A DNA stretch of 64,000 bases, taken from the NCBI GenBank assembly GCA_024275485.1, contig JAJRZA010000050.1, forward strand, positions 18,033 through 82,032, read 5' to 3'. The notes under the pieces are model-generated. The model did no database searches and was not told the origin of the DNA. It saw only the letters and a program-made list of their open reading frames with translations. The DNA comes from Candidatus Krumholzibacteriota bacterium (GTDB lineage: Bacteria; Krumholzibacteriota; Krumholzibacteriia; LZORAL124-64-63). The position numbers and the translations under genes were made by a program. Positions 18,355 to 26,255 of this stretch are shown here, in pieces (positions within the stretch are counted from its first letter, which is position 1; each line of letters opens with the position of its first letter).

Positions 18355-19539
18355 CTAGCTCTCCACAATTTCCAGCTCGCGGCCCACACGGGCCATGATG
18401 TCCATGGCTTTGTGGATCTCATCTTCGGTGTGGGTGGCCATCAAACTCAATCGGATCAGGGCGTTGCCTTTTTCCACCGCCGGGCTGACCACCGGGTTTA
18501 CAAAAACACCTTCTTCGGCCATGCGGCTGCACATCTGGAAGGCAGCCATGTCGTCGCCGACCACCGCCGGGATGATGGGTGTCTCGCTGGGACCAGTATC
18601 GAAGCCGGCTTCCTTCAGACGCTCGCGCATGAGGTCGTTGTTGTGCCAGAGGGCATCGTGCCGCCAGGTTTCTTCAATCATCACATCAATTGCCGCAGAT
18701 ACCGAAGCCACCGATGCGGGGGGCATGCTGGCCGAGAACATCAGGGCCCGGCTGTGGTGCTGGATGAAATGCATGACATCTTCGTCGCCTGCAACAAAGC
18801 CACCCACGGAGGCAAGAGACTTGCTGAAGGTTCCCATAATCAGACCAGCTTCGTCGGTGAGCCCGAAGTGGTTGCAGGTGCCACGGCCGTGGTCGCCCAA
18901 TACGCCAACACCATGGGCGTCGTCCACCATCAGGAAAGCATCGTATTTTTGGCAAAGTTTGACGATTTCCGGGAGTTTGGCAATGTCGCCCTCCATGGAA
19001 AAAACACCGTCGACGATGACCAGCTTGTTGGAATCATTCTCGCTTTTGAGGACCAGCTCCAGGTTTTCCATGTCGTTGTGACGGAATTTGCGCACATCGG
19101 CAAAGCTGAGGCGGGCGCCGTCGATGATTGAAGCATGATCGGTGCGATCGACGATGATGGTTTCCTTGCGGGTCACCAAAGAGCTCAGCACTCCCTGGTT
19201 GACCATGAAACCGGTGGAGAAAACCAGGGCTTTTTCTTTGCCCACCAGATTGGCCAGCTTTTCTTCCAGCTCGATATGAATGTCCAGGGTTCCATTGAGG
19301 AAGCGGCTGCCCGCACAACCAGTGCCGTATTTTGCCACAGCGGCGGAGGCGGCTTCCTTCACTTTGGGATGGTTGGTCAAACCCAGGTAGTTGTTGCTAC
19401 CCAACATGATGATTTCCCGCCCTTGATACTTGACGGTATTTTCCTGGGCAGATTCAATTACTCGAAAATAATTGTAGAAATCAGCAGCCATCAAATCCTT
19501 GGCTGTCGTGAAGTTGTTGACCTTGTCCAGCAGACCCAT
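18355..19539 (-). CDS. spt: Serine palmitoyltransferase (alpha-oxoamine synthase, PLP-dependent)
   Basis: MLGSNNYLGL, GTGCAGSRFLNGT, DGVFSMEGD, DDAH and the PLP-Lys motif GTFSKS; clustered with cerS/cerR-like genes. Confidence 0.82.
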   Translation of the reverse strand: MGLLDKVNNFTTAKDLMAADFYNYFRVIESAQENTVKYQGREIIMLGSNNYLGLTNHPKVKEAASAAVAKYGTGCAGSRFLNGTLDIHIELEEKLANLVGKEKALVFSTGFMVNQGVLSSLVTRKETIIVDRTDHASIIDGARLSFADVRKFRHNDMENLELVLKSENDSNKLVIVDGVFSMEGDIAKLPEIVKLCQKYDAFLMVDDAHGVGVLGDHGRGTCNHFGLTDEAGLIMGTFSKSLASVGGFVAGDEDVMHFIQHHSRALMFSASMPPASVASVSAAIDVMIEETWRHDALWHNNDLMRERLKEAGFDTGPSETPIIPAVVGDDMAAFQMCSRMAEEGVFVNPVVSPAVEKGNALIRLSLMATHTEDEIHKAMDIMARVGRELEIVES

Positions 19540-19649
19540 GGGCACCATTCCTTGCAATACAAAACCAGCGAGGGCAATGGATGCCCCGCGCGATGGTAAC
19601 AGGACTTTGAAAATAGCTTCTAACCTTAGATACGACAACTAGAAATCAC

Positions 19650-20210
19650 CTAAAAGATTTGGGCCTCGAATACCCTGAACTTAGCTCCCTGCTGCCATTC
19701 CAGGCGGCCCAATCCTGCTTTGAGGGCCAACTGGGTCAGGGTGGTGTCCAGATCCCATCCCTGTTCCGTGGCCACCTGGGGTAAAAATACCGCCTGTCGA
19801 CCATTTTTCTCCATCAAGATACCGTGCCTCCCAACCTGAATTTCCAGGTATGACGGCACATCCCGCAGGGGGGTGAGCACTGAAACCTCGATCTCCAGAC
19901 CGGATAATTCATGGACTTGAAGCGGTGGAAATCGGGGATCACCCACCGCGGCGCTGCGCCCGTTGTCGGCCACGGCCGTTGCCAGGGGTTTGAAACCCTC
20001 GATGTAGCCGATGCATCCCCTCAGCCGTTTCTGTGAAGTCAGAGTTACAAAGGCTCCTCGATTTTCCGTCAAAAGGCCATCAAGAGGCAATCCGGCTGCA
20101 TCAGCTAGGATTTGCACATCAGGGGGAGGGTCGCCAATGGCTGCGGCGGCCACCGCCTGCCGGGCCACTTCCTGCAGAAATGTCTGTTGTTGTTCGGTCA
20201 GTTGGCTCAT
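19650..20210 (-). CDS. amrA: AmmeMemoRadiSam system protein A (AMMECR1 domain)
   Basis: GAFVTL..LRGCIG, DPRFPP, EVSVLT, VFLPQV and LALKAG motifs. Confidence 0.9.
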   Translation of the reverse strand: MSQLTEQQQTFLQEVARQAVAAAAIGDPPPDVQILADAAGLPLDGLLTENRGAFVTLTSQKRLRGCIGYIEGFKPLATAVADNGRSAAVGDPRFPPLQVHELSGLEIEVSVLTPLRDVPSYLEIQVGRHGILMEKNGRQAVFLPQVATEQGWDLDTTLTQLALKAGLGRLEWQQGAKFRVFEAQIF

Positions 20211-21076
20211 GTGATCTGCTTTCCATCGGTCAGCAACAAGGTTGCGTAACTGACACTGAATGAGTAGTCGCCATCTTTGTCTGCGCTGCGGCCATAATCC
20301 AGCAGAGCTGCTTCGTATCCCGAAGGTGGCCCGTCGCCAAGGGCCACACAGCAGGCGGCCAGGCCACACATGGTGATGCCCGTGTCCCGTCCATATTGCA
20401 ACAGTCCGTCCACATCGCCGCCCAAAATTTTCAGGATGGCACCGGAATCAAGCCTTTCCAAGGCCATGGGAACATCTTCGGTGAATGGAACATAGCCAAA
20501 AGAGGGGCCGTAGTGGGTGAAATCGCTGGAGACCAGAAGCAGGTTGTTTTCACCCATGGTTTGCTTCAAAACCAGGCCGGCTCGGGTCAGGGCGGCTGGG
20601 CTCGACATGGGCACGAGCATCGGCACAATGGTCGGCGAAACATCAGACCAGGTCCGTTGGATAAAAGGCAGGACAATTTCGATGGCATGTTCTTCGGCGT
20701 GGGCGGCAGGGTTCAGGGAAAAACCGGTTTCTTTGGCTAATCGGTTCACCATTTCAGTGTCGATGAGAACCTCCCCGAGAGGGGTGGCAAAGGCTGATTC
20801 CTCCGGCAGGGCTATTTCATTCAAGGCAACCCGATGATTTGGCGCCAGAATGATGATGTTGTCAGGCCGCCAATCCCCCAAAAGACCAAACAAGCGCCCG
20901 GCCACAGGGCCGCAGTGTACATGTCCTGCGTGGGGTGTGACGGCCAGCCAAGGCTTCCCAACAGGCATTTGGGCGGGATCTGATCCTGCGAGGAAGCGAT
21001 CCACCGAAGCGGACAAATCATTTGGATCAGCCGGATACCAGGAGCCGCTCAAGACGGGAGGTCGTACCATTGTCAT
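20207..21076 (-). CDS. amrB: AmmeMemoRadiSam system protein B (MEMO1 family)
   Basis: PHAGH, APNH, EHAIE, SSDFTHYG, TMCG and VSYA motifs. Confidence 0.9.
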   Translation of the reverse strand: MTMVRPPVLSGSWYPADPNDLSASVDRFLAGSDPAQMPVGKPWLAVTPHAGHVHCGPVAGRLFGLLGDWRPDNIIILAPNHRVALNEIALPEESAFATPLGEVLIDTEMVNRLAKETGFSLNPAAHAEEHAIEIVLPFIQRTWSDVSPTIVPMLVPMSSPAALTRAGLVLKQTMGENNLLLVSSDFTHYGPSFGYVPFTEDVPMALERLDSGAILKILGGDVDGLLQYGRDTGITMCGLAACCVALGDGPPSGYEAALLDYGRSADKDGDYSFSVSYATLLLTDGKQIT

Positions 21077-21187
21077 CAATCTCTCCCTATTTGGAGTTGT
21101 TGTGAAAAATCCCTGTTGGAAACCCACGGTTTGGACTCTATCATATATTCAAGTGCACACAACACCCACTGCCACAAGGAGGGCAAG

Positions 21188-21532
21188 TTGAAAATCAAGC
21201 AGTCACTGCAGGGCGAGATCATGATTTTGCATGTTTCAGGTAAAATCATGGGTGGTCCCGATCACGAGAAATTCCAGGGTGAGATCAAGGAACTGATCTC
21301 CCAGGGTCATGTGGATGTCCTGTTGAACATGTCCAAGGTCAGTTGGGTCAACTCCACTGGTTTGGGCATTTTAGTTTCGGCTTTCCATACCCTGAAGAAA
21401 AATAGTGGCCGGCTAAAGATTTGCGAAGTGAATGATCGCATCGACAACATCCTGAACGTGGCCCAGTTGAAACTGGTCTTTGAAACCTACGAAAAATGCG
21501 ATGAGGCTTTGGCTTCCTTCAGTCAGGATTAA
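21188..21532 (+). CDS. STAS-domain anti-sigma factor antagonist
   Basis: LNMSKVSWVNSTGLG (phospho-Ser motif); RBS AAGGAGG before TTG 21188. Confidence 0.88.
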   Translation: MKIKQSLQGEIMILHVSGKIMGGPDHEKFQGEIKELISQGHVDVLLNMSKVSWVNSTGLGILVSAFHTLKKNSGRLKICEVNDRIDNILNVAQLKLVFETYEKCDEALASFSQD

Positions 21533-22026
21533 TGGTCGTGGGTGAAAGCACTGAACAATTCAGCCAGGCAGGCCAGGAACAGGGAACCATCTACCGCAAT
21601 CCTGCCCTGACGGTGGATGCTGTGGTTCTGCATCGGCAAAACCACTTCCAGGACAGCGAGGCCTGCAGTGTCCTGTTGATCAAAAGAGGGCAGGATCCTT
21701 TTCAGGGTCGCCACGCCCTTCCCGGTGGGTTTGTGGACTATGGCGAAGACATCGACTTGGCCATCAGTCGGGAAATCAAAGAAGAAACCGGATTGGAAGG
21801 ATTGCCTTTTCGGCAGTTCCGAACCTTCGGTAAACCTGGTCGCGATCCCCGCGGGCATACGGTCTCGGTGGTCTATGTGGCCATGGTCATTGGCGAACGG
21901 CCCGAGGTTGTCGGTGGCGACGATGCTGCCGAAGCGGAATGGTTCCCTATTTCGCGGTTGCCGGACCTGGCCTTTGATCACGCCCAGATTCTGGAAAAGG
22001 TGTTCGAGGCACTTAAAATCTGTTGA
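21532..22026 (+). CDS. NUDIX hydrolase (ADP-ribose pyrophosphatase/NrtR-N-like)
   Basis: LPGGFV...REIKEETG Nudix box; RDPRG; LAFDH. Confidence 0.9.
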   Translation: MVVGESTEQFSQAGQEQGTIYRNPALTVDAVVLHRQNHFQDSEACSVLLIKRGQDPFQGRHALPGGFVDYGEDIDLAISREIKEETGLEGLPFRQFRTFGKPGRDPRGHTVSVVYVAMVIGERPEVVGGDDAAEAEWFPISRLPDLAFDHAQILEKVFEALKIC

Positions 22027-22060
22027 TTCAATTTGTTCGATAAATGTCTGTCCCTGAACA

Positions 22061-23164
22061 GTGAAAAGATCCTTATGGGATCCGGAGGAAGTGATAGTGA
22101 GTTCCAAACTCAATACAGGCGTGGTGATGGAGGCTCTAAAGCAGGTTATGGTGCCCGGGACCCAGGTAAGCGTGGTTTCCATCGACCTGATCGGTGAGGT
22201 AAAAGTCACCGGTGGCGAGGTCTACGTCACGGTAGTGCGCACCAGCGAAAAAGAAGAAACCATCAACCAGGTTCGCCAGGAAGTGGCCGACAAATGCAGC
22301 GCCTTGCCGGGAGTATTGTCGGTGAAAGTGGAGATTGACGACCGTGGTGGAAATAAGGCTCCCGCCGGTCCCCACGGGCACTCCACCGATCCTTTTGCCG
22401 ACCGTGCCGGCTTGCCCGGCGTCAAGAAAATCATTGCCGTGGCCAGTGCCAAGGGTGGCGTGGGCAAGAGTTCCGTGGCCGTGAATCTGGCTTTGGCGAT
22501 GCGGGACAAGGGTCACAAGGTGGGACTGATGGATGCCGATGTCTACGGACCCAGCGTACCGACCATGCTGGGTACCAACGAAGCCCCCGCAGCCACCGCC
22601 GACCGCAAAATTCATCCCATCAATAGCCACGGGTTGCAGGTTATCAGCATGGGCATGCTGATGCCTCCGGAACAGGCTGTGATCTGGCGCGGTCCGCTGG
22701 TCATGTCCGCCATCAAGCAGTTCCTGCAGGATGTGCTTTGGAACGACCTGGATTTCCTGATTATCGACATGCCTCCCGGAACCGGCGACGCCCAGTTGAC
22801 CCTGGTGCAAACCGTGCCCCTGAGCGGGGTGGTCATGGTCACCACTCCCCAGGAAGTGGCCCTGGCCGACGTTCGTCGCGGCATCACAATGTTCGTCAAG
22901 GTAGAGGTGCCGGTGCTTGGTATTGTGGAGAACATGAGTTACTTCATCTGCCCTGAAACCGACAAGAAATACGACATCTTCGGCAGTGGCGGCGGCGCGG
23001 CGGTGGCCAAGCAATACAACCTGCCTCTGCTGGCCGAAATCCCCATCGACCCTGCCATTCGCATCGGTGGCGATGAGGGTAAACCCGCAGTGGAGATTGA
23101 TGGGTCATCTATTCAGAAAGCGTTCCACCAGTTGGCTGTCAAGGTGGCGGAATTGGCTGGCTAG
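22061..23164 (+). CDS. mrp: Mrp/ApbC (NBP35) Fe-S cluster carrier ATPase
   Basis: AKGGVGKS, DADVYGPS, WRGP, DMPPGTGD and ENMSYFICP motifs. Confidence 0.93.
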   Translation: MKRSLWDPEEVIVSSKLNTGVVMEALKQVMVPGTQVSVVSIDLIGEVKVTGGEVYVTVVRTSEKEETINQVRQEVADKCSALPGVLSVKVEIDDRGGNKAPAGPHGHSTDPFADRAGLPGVKKIIAVASAKGGVGKSSVAVNLALAMRDKGHKVGLMDADVYGPSVPTMLGTNEAPAATADRKIHPINSHGLQVISMGMLMPPEQAVIWRGPLVMSAIKQFLQDVLWNDLDFLIIDMPPGTGDAQLTLVQTVPLSGVVMVTTPQEVALADVRRGITMFVKVEVPVLGIVENMSYFICPETDKKYDIFGSGGGAAVAKQYNLPLLAEIPIDPAIRIGGDEGKPAVEIDGSSIQKAFHQLAVKVAELAG

Positions 23165-23205
23165 TTGGCTGGATGATTCAGCGTAAGTTGGTTTTGTGGA
23201 ATGAT

Positions 23206-23239
23206 AAAAGCAGTGCCTCTTTTGGGGTGCTGCTTTTTT
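23206..23239 (+). terminator. Intrinsic terminator, possibly bidirectional
   Basis: AAAAGCAGTGCCTC-TTTT-GGGGTGCTGCTTTTTT between convergent genes. Confidence 0.65.
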
Positions 23240-23275
23240 GGTGGGATGGAATTGGTATTGCGTTGATTCGGTTGG

Positions 23276-24817
23276 CTAGTCTGAATACCCAAGATCCCGC
23301 AACCGTTGGCGCACCGTATCGTCAAGATCATCCCAACTCTCATCAGAAGAGCTACCACCGTCAGCGCCGGTTCCCGAATCCTGCCATAGGGTGAGCACAC
23401 CCTGGAGTCGAACCACCACTTCGGAGTTGGAGGATTGAACATCCGATTTTTCATCGGGGTCGCCCTGCAAATCAAATAGGGCAAGGACAAACCCATCCCG
23501 TCGGGCGATCATCTTCCAATGCCCCTGGCGAATGGCCACCAGATCAGGACCAAAGGCGATGGCTTCGGCCAGGATAATACGATTGTTTTCATCGGCACCT
23601 GACAAGTGGCTGAATGGTGAATCCGCAGCCTGGGAACAACCCTGGAGCAAACCCGCCAGATTGCCGGAAAGCGACTCCAACCGCGTCTGCAAAACCGGCT
23701 GTTGCAAAGGCGGCAACTTCAGCCAGTCCAGTACGGTGGGGGTGAGGTCGCAAAGGGAAATGGGCTCCTGGCATTGTACACCCGCCTGCACTCCAGGACC
23801 CCAGGCCGCCCAGGGTACATGCAGCAACTCCTGAAAATGCGAGTGACCGTGCCCAATACCCCGGATTTCCCGTGGGTCATGATTCCATTGGCGGGCAAAT
23901 TCCGCGTGGTCCAGGAATTCTTCCCCGTGGTCCGAAAAAACCGAAACCAGAGTCGAGTCGGCGAGCCGCCAATTTTCCAATTGCTCCTGAATTTGTCCAA
24001 TGACGCGGTCAACACCACGGATGGTGGCATCGTATATGGCCAGCTTTGTTTTGACGGAATTTTGAGACACCGGTGAATCCGGATCATCCAGAAAACCCAG
24101 GTGTTGGTGGGGCGGCTCACCCCAGCGGGCAAAGGCTGCCAATTTTTCTGGATGGCTCAATTCCTCTTCGGTCAAGAACTTGGCCAAATCGTCCGCAGTC
24201 GGAGTGGTTGGTTCGTGCGGATCATTGAACAGGACAAAACAGAAAAATGGCTGATCGGCGTGGCGACGAATCCAGTCCTGGGCCATGCCAGCCAGATCTA
24301 TGGCGGGCAGATTTTGGTACTCGTGGTGGTCAAAACTCTCGGCCAGCCCAAAGGCAAAAAACTGATTGGAGTAGAAAGCTGCCGTGCGGTAACCCAGTTT
24401 TTTCAGATGAGCCGCCAAAGTGACGATGCCGTCGTTCAACCGTCCGGGGGGTTGTTGATCCATGTTCCGCACTTCACCGGAGAGAACTCCTCCGTGCAAA
24501 CCGGGCATCACTCCGGTCAAGGCACTGGTGAACGATGGCAGGGTCCAAGGCGCGGGGGCGGTGACCTCGGTGAAGATGGTGCCCCCGCCGGCCAATCGAT
24601 CCAGATTTGGGCTGATGGGGCCGCCGCCGTATCCGCCAAAACCCAGGTGGTCGGCCCGCAGGGTATCAATACCCAGCAGCAACAGATTGGCCGGACCCGG
24701 TCGCTCGGGCACAATTCGACTGGGCCGAAAAGCACGGCCCAGAGCCAGCTTCATCCTAAACAAACGAGCCTTGATCCTTGTTTTGCGAGTGAGTTTTTCA
24801 AACGGGTTGACGGGCAT
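23276..24817 (-). CDS. Sulfatase/alkaline-phosphatase-superfamily protein
   Basis: IDTLRADH, APWTLPSF, DPHEP, SDHGEEF, HGH and the C-terminal LRDLGY motif. Confidence 0.85.
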   Translation of the reverse strand: MPVNPFEKLTRKTRIKARLFRMKLALGRAFRPSRIVPERPGPANLLLLGIDTLRADHLGFGGYGGGPISPNLDRLAGGGTIFTEVTAPAPWTLPSFTSALTGVMPGLHGGVLSGEVRNMDQQPPGRLNDGIVTLAAHLKKLGYRTAAFYSNQFFAFGLAESFDHHEYQNLPAIDLAGMAQDWIRRHADQPFFCFVLFNDPHEPTTPTADDLAKFLTEEELSHPEKLAAFARWGEPPHQHLGFLDDPDSPVSQNSVKTKLAIYDATIRGVDRVIGQIQEQLENWRLADSTLVSVFSDHGEEFLDHAEFARQWNHDPREIRGIGHGHSHFQELLHVPWAAWGPGVQAGVQCQEPISLCDLTPTVLDWLKLPPLQQPVLQTRLESLSGNLAGLLQGCSQAADSPFSHLSGADENNRIILAEAIAFGPDLVAIRQGHWKMIARRDGFVLALFDLQGDPDEKSDVQSSNSEVVVRLQGVLTLWQDSGTGADGGSSSDESWDDLDDTVRQRLRDLGYSD

Positions 24818-24898
24818 GAATCTCTCTTTTTTGCGGGAGGTGGGGCTATTCAAACACACTTACTGGACTCTGCCCATCGTGAACACTACCATTCGGGA

Positions 24899-25366
24899 AT
24901 GAAGTTGCTGGACTATACAACAGATAATGGCTTCCTGCCTCATATCAAGTGCACAAGTGTGGACGAGGCGGTGGCCCAGTTGGTTGAGGTGCTGGAAACA
25001 TCCGGTGCGGTGACCGATGGAAAGAACCTGGCTGTGGAGGTCATGCGAAGGGAAAGGGAGGGCAGCACCGCCATTGGTGGTGGCTTGGTATTACCTCATG
25101 CCCGCCATCAAGGAGTCAAAAGCATGAAGGTGGCGGTGGCCACTTTGGCTGAGCCCCTGGATATTCCGTCCGAAGACCACCAGCCTGTGGATATTGTCAT
25201 TCTGTTGGTGGGGCCCGCCCATGACCCCCGTTTGATGCTCTGGGTGTTGGCCCGCTTGGCTCGGCTTGTAAAAAACAGAGATTTTCTGGATGATTTGCGG
25301 GGTGCCGAGACAGGTGTGGATCTCAGGAAAGTATTTGCCATGGCGGATGATCAGCGCAATGACTGA
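24899..25366 (+). CDS. PTS EIIA (Ntr/Fru-type) domain protein
   Basis: REREGSTAIGGGLVLPHAR with the phospho-His; this is the C-terminal part of listed ORF 24101..25366. Confidence 0.88.
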   Translation: MKLLDYTTDNGFLPHIKCTSVDEAVAQLVEVLETSGAVTDGKNLAVEVMRREREGSTAIGGGLVLPHARHQGVKSMKVAVATLAEPLDIPSEDHQPVDIVILLVGPAHDPRLMLWVLARLARLVKNRDFLDDLRGAETGVDLRKVFAMADDQRND

Positions 25367-25412
25367 TGCAAAGCTGTGGGCGATCCCCGGGGCTTGGCCA
25401 GTTGTTCAGATA

Positions 25413-25946
25413 TCAAGAGTCTGTCGTAGACTCAAAGAAACTGGCTTTCACAACCGAAAAAATTATCCCGGACAATCCTAGAACACATAGGCCCGCACCT
25501 GGAATCGCCATAAAGGCGAGGGACTCCTTGGCAGCCCCGGTGCTGCCCAACCCGGGGGCGGTGAGTCCGGCAAAGAGCCAAAAAAGGGAATAAATGAGTG
25601 ACCCGGAGCCAAAAGCCAATGCACTCAGTTTGGCAACCATTCCCAGTCGCCCAAAAAGAATCAGGGCCATGATCGAAACCAGGGCAGAGGACCCAATTGC
25701 CCCGCCGTGGAGGTGGGCCCGCTTCAGGTATGACCACGATTTGTTGACAACCTTGTCCTTGGCGGAAACATCTCCGTGATAAGCAGTCTGCAATGCCGAG
25801 GTTCCGGAATCATCCAGGTGAGCTTTGATTGAACTTTCTTTGGCACCAAAAGAAAGACCCAGGACAAATCCAAAAAGAATCGTCATCAAGGCCAGACTAA
25901 TTCCCATGGCCATGGTTTTGGGAATGTCCGAAACTATGGTGTTCAT
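25413..25946 (-). CDS. Hypothetical 4-TM membrane protein
   Basis: Hydrophobic helices, an AHLH motif and RBS AGGAGG. Confidence 0.7.
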   Translation of the reverse strand: MNTIVSDIPKTMAMGISLALMTILFGFVLGLSFGAKESSIKAHLDDSGTSALQTAYHGDVSAKDKVVNKSWSYLKRAHLHGGAIGSSALVSIMALILFGRLGMVAKLSALAFGSGSLIYSLFWLFAGLTAPGLGSTGAAKESLAFMAIPGAGLCVLGLSGIIFSVVKASFFESTTDS

Positions 25947-26168
25947 TGTTGTTGGTCCTCCTGCGGTTTGTTTGATTTGAGAAAGACGGTCAATCCACTC
26001 GACAATGGGTAGAGTAACGTGTTGACCCCCTTCACGTCACGATCATTTTTATCTTCATAGTTGAAGCTGATTTTCAATTACAAAATTATTCCAGACCGAC
26101 TTGATTCCAATAATTTCCAAGAAAATGCCCAGGTGATCAGCCTGCTTCTTGACAAGAATAATCCACAC

Positions 26169-26197
26169 TTGAACCGCGCGTGATCCTGGGCTACTTT
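26169..26197 (+). promoter_or_regulatory. Putative sigma70 promoter TTGAAC-N17-TACTTT flanked by palindromes
   Basis: 17-bp spacing; perfect palindromes at 26146-26158 and 26211-26225. Confidence 0.45.
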
Positions 26198-26255
26198 CTC
26201 TCTTCTACCCTGAAGTTGAACTTCATGCTAATTCCCCTTGAAGGGAGCTCTCTCA

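Noticed and set aside
18355-19539. Calling the AOS enzyme BioF or Kbl
   Set aside because: No bio or tdh genes are nearby; the GTFSKS motif and cerS/cerR context favour Spt.
24101-24898. Long N-terminal extension of the EIIA ORF
   Set aside because: It overlaps the sulfatase antisense; the EIIA domain starts at ATG 24899.
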